Assembly (NCBI GenBank): GCA_002256025.1
Contig: NKIB01012208.1
Coordinates: 62,001-85,142 of the forward strand
Origin: Asterionella formosa
Lineage: Eukaryota
DNA length: 23,142 nt
Direction: 5' to 3'
The translations under genes and the position numbers were made by a program. Shown here piece after piece: positions 9,901 through 17,516 of this stretch. Each line of letters begins with the position of its first letter. Position 1 is the first letter of the stretch. The notes beneath the pieces are model-generated. The model had not been told where the DNA came from. It saw only the letters and a list, made by a program, of their open reading frames with translations, and made no database searches.

Positions 9901-10075
9901 GGGCTTACCAGCGAGATCCGTCTTTTTCTTTCTAGTGATTGGCCTACAGTTCTTTCTCTACGATTATGTGAAGAACATCTTTGAGGTTGGCTCCGATGAT
10001 CTTTCCCTTGTGCTGGATGTGTTTTATGCTGTTCGCCAGGGCCTTGTCGAAATGTCAAATCCTATTATTCAATAG
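6971..10075 (+). CDS. Mitochondrial-carrier-family (SLC25) protein, phosphate-carrier-like, with plastid-targeting presequence and large N-terminal extension
   Basis: The C-terminal ~390 aa (nt ~8900-10075) have three carrier repeats with Px[DE]xx[KR]-type signatures: NPLELVKTKIQ, APFEVLRVK, HPADLILT. 'RELPFAVTKFLAFD' and 'VVSHPAD' resemble the phosphate-carrier (Mir1/SLC25A3) subfamily. The likely start is ATG 6971 (MKRHSSLIGAVAMMTVCIGSPSTLFA-FAP: signal peptide plus AFAP motif) rather than ATG 6911. Confidence 0.85.
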   Translation: MKRHSSLIGAVAMMTVCIGSPSTLFAFAPSAQLRRGVLHKTVATIHTSRLRLNLHRTDMPLDGPEIGPTQSHGSASENTTLSSSNTRRQVMQTILFATAATIPLYAAKAGVPELDPSGELFTPKSEMIRGGSDAARGIGLATRASASLSKPGQTMQTVFETRFIAYLSRFLLTFDQAAITWWATQGLGDSWEQTPSDTKKDESDERFAEFAESVEVGLANYFTGPYGSYSSVAAAKAGLTAEMPAVSSRTTPTQKEKPIWELLFPKSAIKRSPPDGAKQGILNLYALLKARYTSTAAKRQLAILFSFISSPQLQPVSEIRSLLGEADNGTVTKIELLLPQSVEGEAAYHTSSRRGGGYSIHSPPFVDINAPPALGDEFSPAKIRPIMKQTSRVLRIRLLDGGEGYTSAPTVVVTQAGRSVPCEAAAILDRQGHVESILVLEPGYGYGIKSGTVGIPVVKIEPPSNPPNGLSRKACTAKAVAELEYQIVGLDLIHGGNGYVATEPPKITISAPDEDPDWYVSPDVLQQQRYSVKDDTEVSARVVEMLLGDLTIVSDDFCETDTTIDTGLLGRLKREPLELLPSKIRPELHPTAAGINIYTIPYLPPILFPAAVPSPRYRAYDPIFGAVGRVPVTKGAMQLKASEYSRLALSGALCTVFVRTLLNPLELVKTKIQLNNDEELNKYTSTKIANKASRNTPHHHDVMEVAAEKVVFETKSKTDEKSNIGTIDMILSLVELRGFSALFQSADITFLASLMFGSFGFGATELFRRSFSTAFFSSDGGEVGSELILLAAASVACVVTSAAAAPFEVLRVKSMGLVESSGWKEVLRQFIVEKKGGTLAVDAKGELDLLKLKPSDVIPLWSGFAPTVSRELPFAVTKFLAFDIVAKALLDLVNAGLDEGALPVQVGTGSTGLAVSAIAGAFAGVAGAVVSHPADLILTLTSAKTKNMDGSVTESADWKEIIKDLLAKEGGISNLFLGLPARSVFFFLVIGLQFFLYDYVKNIFEVGSDDLSLVLDVFYAVRQGLVEMSNPIIQ

Positions 10076-10394
10076 AATATATGCCTTGGAAAAATACCTG
10101 AAAAACAATTTTTGTAAAATTACAGCATATATCTGGGATTAATACAAAATGCTATGAACCCAAAATTGCAAAAGGTCGAAATCCTCGTATGAGATCAAGG
10201 ATAATAACAGGAATAATAGGTACCTTCCTTTGTATGCTCTGCATCTATCCTGTCACCGCAGAGATGATCAAAAATAAAATGATGGATCGCATCTTCCTTG
10301 TATGTGGTAACAACGATATCTTGAATACTTGACTCTTTTTTTGGTTGCAGTGCTGTTCATCCACTTTTATATGATTGTCATCCAAATTAATAGG

Positions 10395-12317
10395 TCATCT
10401 AGATTGGGTGATGAATGGCATGGTCACATGTTCTTTCGTTTCATACAAAAGTATTGGAAGAAGAAGAATAGGAAGCAACGAGATGCCTGACGAAAGTAGG
10501 AGAAAGCGATCTAAATGTTCCCAATCATTCTCGCGTGACATCCCTAATGCCATAATCAATGGTACTGTCAACCAAGAACCAATTTGATCTCCGAAGTCAA
10601 TGCAAGATAATAGTGTCCCATATTGCATAGCTGTAGTCGAGGTAGTAGCATCATCAGCACCAGCATGAATAGTATTGGAGGATGAATTGCCAAGGAAGAA
10701 CCTGTCGTGTTGTTGTTGTTGTTGTTGTTGCTGCTGCTGCTGATAATACGAAGCCGATAATGATGAACCATCCTCTTCTTCGCTCTCATCCTCAAATATC
10801 TCGACATTGTCATGATTCTCACATACACCACCATCCTCCTCCACTTCTGTATTTGAAACAAGTTCACATTCTGTAGTATACTTTGGTATAGCCGTCGTTG
10901 TTGCCAACACTACCGATGGAAGGAATGCCCATTCGTCCATGATCCCAGTTCCGATTTGTACCATTGCAACAACGATAAAGGCATACCATTCATTTTCTGA
11001 CGTCAAGTTTGTTAATACTATATTTAGTATACCACTCATGGCTCCAAGGATCATAGTCCCTGCCAATAGGAATGACAACCGTTTTCCGGAACTAAATGAC
11101 GCAAATAGTTTCCCATACGACCATGACGCGATGGTGAGTATAAGATTGTTCCATAGTCCCAAGGATTGATACAAAAACGGTGATGATTGAAAGAGTGTGT
11201 ATAGAAAGGAACTCATAACGTAGGAGGAGGATGGGGTGGAATGCTTGCAAATTAGCAATGCAGCCACCCGACGTGGTGTAGTCCAAGATGCCATGATAAG
11301 ATGAATGATGAGTACCATGGCAAAGAGAAGTGCAACCATGTGCCATGTAAATGATGAAGTTAGGGTAGTAAGTGGTTGTTGAAAGGCAAACAGTAGGATG
11401 AAGGATTGTAATATGACAATCCCAAAGGCGTCATTTGTAGCCAAACATGATGATGGTTTTGGATGTTGTCTGGTAGTACTGTGTTGTTGTTCCTCGTCGA
11501 CTGCAGTACTACTATGAGTACTAGTAGCATGAGGACAAGTTGTTACTCCAATTCCAATCCTTGAATACCATGCAATTCCAGCTCCCACCACATTCAAAAG
11601 TCCTGTTGCTACTAAAAGTCCCGTCACAACTACATTGGTTGGCTGGTGATGTTGTTGAATATGATCATCCTCATTCTCCAGTGTCTTTGTTGATGTCAAG
11701 ATCAAGACAAGGAATGCCACAAGATTTCCTACCAATGTACCCATGTTCCTACAAGTCGCAGCTTGTGATTGAAAAAGTGCGGCGGCTGTAGTGGTGGTGT
11801 TAGAATCATCTTGTATTGTTGCTGTTGCTATACAACATTGTTCCATCAAGAGCAGGTCCAATATAAATTCTGGCCAGGCAGTTGTAATTCCCCGTAGCAC
11901 CGCAAGTACAATACAACAAGTGATTGTTGATACCAGTGAAAACATGGCAGTCACTACCCCACCTAGAACTAGGAGTATGACCAACATGAGGCGCCGGTGA
12001 TGTCGTTGCCCACCGGCATTCGAAAGGTGAGCGTATAGTGGTTTAAGAGAAAAGGGAAGAAATGCCAGAGCCCCGTATACCGAAAGGTATGCAATGGGAA
12101 TCGCCACACGAGTATTGATAATGTACATGAGTGCTGTCGAGGGCAAGGACTGCGATGCTCCGTTCAAGGCGTAGAGCCATTGCAGGGCCCTGGCCAAGCT
12201 AGATTCGCTGCGGCTATTGTAGTTTTCGCGCGGTACCATGATTCGTTCCAGGCCATCCTCATCCGCATCGGCATAGTGGTCATCACGGCGTTCAGAGGCA
12301 ACTGTTAGTAGTTTCAT
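10395..12317 (-). CDS. Folate-biopterin transporter (BT1/FBT family, MFS)
   Basis: 640-aa ORF with ~12 hydrophobic segments. BT1-like motifs: 'LPFSLKPLYAHLSN' (cf. PW.lKP.yg.lSD), 'FQSQAATCRNMGTLVG', 'FLPSVVLATTAIP' and 'YGTLLSCIDFGDQIGSWL'. It has a long acidic/polyQ loop before the last two TM helices. Confidence 0.75.
   Translation of the reverse strand: MKLLTVASERRDDHYADADEDGLERIMVPRENYNSRSESSLARALQWLYALNGASQSLPSTALMYIINTRVAIPIAYLSVYGALAFLPFSLKPLYAHLSNAGGQRHHRRLMLVILLVLGGVVTAMFSLVSTITCCIVLAVLRGITTAWPEFILDLLLMEQCCIATATIQDDSNTTTTAAALFQSQAATCRNMGTLVGNLVAFLVLILTSTKTLENEDDHIQQHHQPTNVVVTGLLVATGLLNVVGAGIAWYSRIGIGVTTCPHATSTHSSTAVDEEQQHSTTRQHPKPSSCLATNDAFGIVILQSFILLFAFQQPLTTLTSSFTWHMVALLFAMVLIIHLIMASWTTPRRVAALLICKHSTPSSSYVMSSFLYTLFQSSPFLYQSLGLWNNLILTIASWSYGKLFASFSSGKRLSFLLAGTMILGAMSGILNIVLTNLTSENEWYAFIVVAMVQIGTGIMDEWAFLPSVVLATTTAIPKYTTECELVSNTEVEEDGGVCENHDNVEIFEDESEEEDGSSLSASYYQQQQQQQQQQQHDRFFLGNSSSNTIHAGADDATTSTTAMQYGTLLSCIDFGDQIGSWLTVPLIMALGMSRENDWEHLDRFLLLSSGISLLPILLLPILLYETKEHVTMPFITQSR
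10710..10742 (-). repeat. (CAG)4(CAA)7 trinucleotide repeat encoding Q11 in the transporter loop
   Basis: Read directly from the sequence (ttg/ctg run on the + strand). Confidence 0.9.
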
Positions 12318-13146
12318 TGGACCTGACAGTTTAGACTTGACCGTGCTGAGCTGATGACTGAAACCGATGAGACTGAGTGTACTGATATGCTGCTGTTACT
12401 TTGAGCTTCTCCTCGCGTAACATGCGTGCAAGGATAATGAGAGCTCATCAAGCAATGCATAACATCCAGCATGGCGACGACTGCATTGATAGTTGGTGAT
12501 GATGATTATGATTTCTCTCAAGTCACAATGTTGCTGATGAGGAGGAGACGAAGCACGTTCTTGGTTTTTGGTGTTGAGCGACATTGTGAGTGTCATGCAC
12601 TAGGGTTAAGGCTACATATATGCTACTTAGCAGGCATCAGCAAGTTGCGGTCATTTTGCTTAAACTAACATTTTAATCTCGGATAAAGATAGCTAAATCT
12701 TTAGTTCTGGCAAAATTAACGCAACTTGCAGGTATAACTATCTTACCTGTGCTGTGGACCTGGTACCTGGTACTCCAGTCAACTCGATCAGCGTCGCAGG
12801 CGATCTCAACAAAGCAAGGAACCATTATTGGGACATTTCTACATAAAAATATTTCAGTGCTGGTACAATGGTTGGCACCATACTTACGTATGTACCAGGA
12901 ACAATCAACCAACTTGCAAATCCGTCCGTCCGCTCGTCGCTCCCCCTGCGACTTACTGCTTACTACTTTCTCAAAAAGTCTTGGTCGCATTTTACACGGC
13001 GAACACGGGTCCCTCACTCGAACCCAACTGGCAGATTTGTTGTCCATCGTGCATCAACTGCTATTCATTGATACATTGCGTTGTCCTTGATCCCTTGACG
13101 GAAATCATCTTCTCCCCGAAAGGTTCTTTAGTATTATACATTCATC

Positions 13147-14083
13147 ATGAAGGTGTGTACAGCCAAGAAGTAGTAGTTACCTGCCATGCGTTGCAGTTAG
13201 TTGGACAGACACAGACTCGATAGTTTTCAGCTTGTGTAGAAGGTTGTTGTTAAATCAGGCACCGTTCAGTTCCTCCAATCAGACTGTGACTTGCACACAC
13301 ACACACACACTCACTCAATACCATGCACACTCAAAACTACAGATCAACATCGCCTGTCCAAGCACTGGCATGCAAAAGCTTCTCGACATTGATGACGAGA
13401 AGAAACTCCAGAACCTCTACGAGCGTCGCATGGCACAAGAAATCGACGGCGGTGTCTTGGGCGAGGAATTTGAAGGAACAGTCATGCGCATTAGTGGCGG
13501 GAATGACAAGCAGGGATTCCCCATGCGTCAGGGCATTTTGACCAACACTCGTGTCCGATTGTTGTGCAAGAAGGGGACCAAGGCATTCCGTCCTCGTCGG
13601 GCGGGAGAGCGCAAGCGCAAGTCAGTGCGTGGATGCATCGTGGGTGGAGATATTGCTGTCCTTAACTTGGTCATGACACAGCAGGGTGACAAGGAAATTC
13701 CGGGTTTGACAGGAAAGGACGATTTGGCCCCCCGCCGCCTTGGACCCAAGCGTGCCAACAACATTCGTAAGCTATTCAACCTTACCAAGGCCGACGATGT
13801 TCGCAAGTATGTTATTGCACGCACCTTTACCAACAAAAAGGGCGTTACCGTGCGCAAGGCACCCAAGATTCAGCGCTTGGTGACCCCCTTGGTCTTGCAG
13901 CGCAAGAGGGCTCGCAAGGCAGAACAGCTATCGTCGGTCTTGAGAACCAAGGAAGACGCGGCAGCATACAAAAAGGTTGTTGCTCAACGACTTGCAGAGC
14001 AGAAGGAGGCTCGTCGCTCCCTCATTTCCAAGCGTCGTTCGACCAGAAAGTCCGCCAAGTTGACATCTGAGGAACCTAAATAA
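13147..14083 (+). CDS. RPS6: 40S ribosomal protein S6 (eS6); exons 13147-13152 and 13343-14083
   Basis: Exon 1 is ATG AAG followed by the donor GTGTGT at 13153; the acceptor CTACAG ends at 13342. The spliced product is [24 protein letters not shown]...[15 protein letters not shown]...[11 protein letters not shown]...[17 protein letters not shown]...[11 protein letters not shown], which is unmistakably eS6. The ORF-track start at 13232 lies inside the intron. Confidence 0.97.
13153..13342 (+). other. Spliceosomal intron of RPS6 (190 nt, phase 0) containing a (CA)8 microsatellite at 13294-13310
   Basis: GT...AG boundaries restore the canonical eS6 N-terminus. Branch-like CTCAC/CTCAAT at ~13310-13319. 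Confidence 0.9.
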
Positions 14084-14260
14084 ATAAGCAAATGATAACT
14101 ACTGTTGGCACTCTACCAGGTAGGAAATTTTTAGTCTGGATTGTTCTGAAACACAATACGAAAGTATTGGAAGTAGTGTTTCAATTAATGCACTATATTA
14201 GACTGCCTGGATATCATGCCTACACAGACTACAACGTCAGTCTAGTGTTACTGTTTAATT

Positions 14261-14778
14261 TCATGACTCGTCCATGACGGCATTCTTTGGAGCCGCCAAC
14301 CCTGCTGGATTGGACACAATCAAAATAACCGAGTCTCCTCGTAAAAACATTTTACTGACATAGCGATCTTTATTAATGGCCATTCCTCGTGTTTTGCCCT
14401 TTCCTCCCTTGGAAGATTCTGTCCACATTTCCTTCACATCTTCCAATACTCTGTTGCATTTCGTTGTGTTTGTATTGGCAGATAGGATAGGATACAAGAT
14501 GGTTAGTTGCTTGACTTTGATTCAATAGCAATCATAACAATAATAACAGTCATAACAACAACAACAACAATCACAATGACAACAAGTTACGTTTCCTCTT
14601 ACAGATTCATGTGACGATCATAGGCTTTCACTCTAGCCAGTAATTTATGATTGTTTCTGACATTTACCAATACTTGTGTATTCCCACGAACCGCGTGATA
14701 TAGGACAGAAAATGGACCACTCTTGAGATCTGCTGCATGTTCTGGGGCGCTCTCGTCGCCCTTGTTATTGTTATTCAT
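14261..14778 (-). CDS. SNRPD2: Small nuclear ribonucleoprotein Sm D2; exons 14778-14603 and 14450-14261 (121 aa)
   Basis: Spliced translation: [107 protein letters not shown]... It carries the SmD2 hallmarks GP.SVL, NTQVL.N.RNN.KLL.RVKA.DRH.N.VLE.VKEMWTE and [11 protein letters not shown]. Donor GTAAGA at 14602, acceptor CAG ending at 14451, phase 2. Confidence 0.96.
14451..14602 (-). other. Spliceosomal intron of SmD2 (152 nt) with a (TTG)n-rich tract
   Basis: GTAAG...CAG boundaries join CT+A into Leu and keep the Sm1 motif in frame. Confidence 0.9.
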
Positions 14779-15573
14779 GATGCTTTGCTTTTGATATATA
14801 GTATAGGGCTGTGACTTGTAGTGATAGTGATAGTGTGTACTGATAAAAGGGAAATATGTATTGAAATGGACGACAGTGTATGATTAAATGATGTTATATG
14901 TTGGTAGGTACAAACAAGAGTTTAATTTTGATGCACGGCGGTGGTCGCAGCCATCGGCTCGCCTGATCATGATGCGAGGAGATGCCGACCACTTGAGAAA
15001 TCATCCTCGGTATTACATGCCGGTATACACTACGATAGACTGCAGGTACACAGCCACTACCACGGACTGAAAGTGTTCTTAGTACCCGGCGTACAAATAT
15101 AGGAACACTTTAGCCTTGTATTTTGACCCTAAAAACGAATAAATAAAGTTTTGGATCGGAAATAAAGGAACTAAAATTACACAAGATTTAATATATTTTC
15201 GACATTCCTAGCTACCGGTATACTACAGTCCAGGTATTTTCGGTATATACCACCGCAGCAAGATAGTTTTAGCTATTTTAGTATTTATTCTTGACATATT
15301 CTTGTATCTGACATACCTACATACCTTCACCTATGTAAATGTTTCGGACATACATACTATGTACAGGTGTAGGTACCAGTTACCTCGTACATAGGATGTG
15401 ACTACAATGAAGTGTGGGGTATAACGGTACGTTACCGCCAGGTACATATGATTATGTGCGTTCAAAATACTCCAAATTAATTTTCATATATGAATTCCAG
15501 CGTTGTTGCTCCTCGTCGCTTGGTGCTTGATTTCATTTCATCACACTCTCATCGCTTTCTTTCTCTCCAAAAA

Positions 15574-15916
15574 ATGTCACAAGAACAGGGATCATGGATT
15601 CCAATCATCGTTATTGGTATTCTTTTTCTCCTTCGTTGGATCTTTTATGATCAAGGATCGACTGCTATTTCCATTCGAAAATGGTGGAATTATAGGGTAC
15701 GTGCGTTGTCATTATATATATATATATATATAACCATACCAAAATATATAAACAAAAATATATATTGATTCTAATTCTCTCACTATATTTCAAACACGAC
15801 GTGAACTGTCACTCCAGAAAATCCAACTTCGTAATAAATTGGGGTATAGGGATGATACTAAATATCAAATGAATGTTGGAGCTGGTGCTAGCAACAATTA
15901 CAAACGACAGGGATAA
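15574..15916 (+). CDS. Putative spliced 73-aa single-pass membrane microprotein; exons 15574-15696 and 15818-15916
   Basis: ATG in an aaaATG context after a pyrimidine-rich leader. Donor AGG|GTACGT at 15697, branch-like CTAAT at 15771-15775 and acceptor CTCCAG ending at 15817; the 121-nt AT-rich intron contains (TA)10. Product: MSQEQGSWIPIIVIGILFLLRWIFYDQGSTAISIRKWWNYRKIQLRNKLGYRDDTKYQMNVGAGASNNYKRQG. No family recognised. Confidence 0.6.
15713..15732. repeat. (TA)10 microsatellite, intronic
   Basis: Read directly from the sequence. Confidence 0.9.
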
Positions 15917-16621
15917 TACACCATTTCTCTATTTATAAAATGTACAGTAACATGGGATCCCCATTAGGGTTTCCTCCCTCCCTGCTGATATGAGAATCTT
16001 TTGAAAAAAGGTCCTCACCAACAAGTATGGTTAATAGTAATACACTTTAGATACTATACCTTGCACACATTTCATATGAGAAAGAAACCAATATAAAATA
16101 ATGTATAGAATGGATGTACAGCTATAAATAGAAAGAGAGGGAGTAGCAAACATGTTATCATCATCATGGTCATGTAACAAAGCATGACTGTGATATACTA
16201 CATATACATATTTGTAAATACTCCAGTGGCATCCATCTACCATTCCCTGTATGTCAAGAAAGGAGAGTAGAAATGTTCATGAGGAGTGAAAAAATTTCAT
16301 TCGAGGAATTTGTGATGCAGCGAATCAATCAATTTATATATTTTTGTATGTCCTGTAACTGTCTCGGTTCGAAGAAATCTACATCGAATCAGGTAAACAA
16401 AGGACATTTGTTCATACTATTGGAATGGCTTGTTCTCTCGTCATGGAGAAATTGATCCAACACAGCACGATTTCCCATTTTATTTGTCTGTGAATCATCA
16501 AGTGTATATAAATACACTGCCTTTCCTTGGAACACCATTCCAATGGTGAAACGAAACTCACCTGTATGGTCCCAAATCTACTTCCGTGATTACTTGTTGG
16601 ACACAGTGGTCTTGCCTCTCA

Positions 16622-16999
16622 TCATTTGTCATACAACCCAGCATCAAGCCATGCATCTTCATCTGTTGGACGAATATTTCTTCGTCCTATTGGTTGTTGT
16701 TTCCTTGTACGTTCTTCCATCGTCAATGACTTTCGTTTCGTCACTCTTGATTCCATATCTTTCCACATGGGTTGAACATCCTCATCACGATCTATTACAC
16801 TAGGAGTACTAGTAGTGGTATTAAACTTTTGCTCAAGTTGATCCAATTGACTTTTCCGCCAATCAGCAGCAGCAGCAGTAGTAGTAGCAGTAGTACCAGC
16901 ACTAGCAGTAGTAATAGTAGAATGAACGAGTCTGCAATTCAAGTGGTGGAGAGTCCTCATCCTAATGACTGCCGTAGTACTTCGAATCATATGCAACAT
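16622..16999 (-). CDS. Small hypothetical protein (~122-125 aa), probably mitochondrion-targeted
   Basis: Likely start is ATG 16999 or 16990. The N-terminus MIRSTTAVIRMRTLHHLNCRLVHS is Arg/Ser/Thr-rich and lacks acidic residues, like a presequence. A T/A low-complexity linker follows, then a protein-like C-terminal part (DWRKSQLDQLEQKF...VQPMWKDMESRVTKRKS...GRRNIRPTDEDAWLDAGLYDK). Confidence 0.65.
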   Translation of the reverse strand: MLHMIRSTTAVIRMRTLHHLNCRLVHSTITTASAGTTATTTAAAADWRKSQLDQLEQKFNTTTSTPSVIDRDEDVQPMWKDMESRVTKRKSLTMEERTRKQQPIGRRNIRPTDEDAWLDAGLYDK

Positions 17000-17516
17000 T
17001 CTCTTGATACACCACTCGACCGGTAGAATAATAATGGCTGATGATTGCCTTCTTTCTTGAATTGATTGAGAGAACAAGGGAATGTCAAAATGATGCAAGG
17101 GCTCGGCCTGCACATCATGGCGTTGTGATCAAAGAGCGGGGTATCACAACCGGTGACAACCCGGCAGTAGTAGGAGGCGGTTTTGCCGGTACGTAGTTTT
17201 TACATCAGCCACGAGTCATGCACATACTATGCTCCGGCGTTTCGAGTCGGACTAATCTATTCTACAAATAGACATACCGCACCGGTAGCTATAGGCGCGA
17301 TGTAATTAGGCATCATCGTTGAAGAATAGCATGATCTCACATCATGCATGTTGGTTGGGTTAATGAGATACTAAGATATATACATAAATACCGGTCGGCG
17401 TTTAAGGATTTCGAAGATTAACAACATCTAAATGTGTTCATAGATGAATTGGTGTGTGCCTTATTGATAAATGTTCCAACAGTTACACGAAAACTACTTC
17501 GTTAAGACTACCAGTG

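Noticed and set aside
12345..12390. CTGATGA..GAAAC resembling a hammerhead ribozyme core or box C/D motifs
   Set aside because: Only 2 nt lie between CTGATGA and GAAA (no stem II), there are no flanking stems, and the C-to-D spacing is too short for a snoRNA. It is more simply the TCAG(T)-rich leader of the minus-strand transporter.
12495..12560. GTGATGA...CTGA / CTGATGAG...CGAA motifs
   Set aside because: The span is ~40 nt with no terminal stem or stem II, and it lies in TGA-repeat low-complexity sequence.
12396..13223. Several overlapping 65-131 aa ORFs between the transporter and RPS6
   Set aside because: No recognisable motifs, mostly non-ATG starts, mutually overlapping. The region is best read as a divergent promoter.
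13153..13342. Possible intronic snoRNA in RPS6
   Set aside because: No RUGAUGA or CUGA boxes on the sense strand, and no convincing hairpin-hinge-hairpin-ACA layout.
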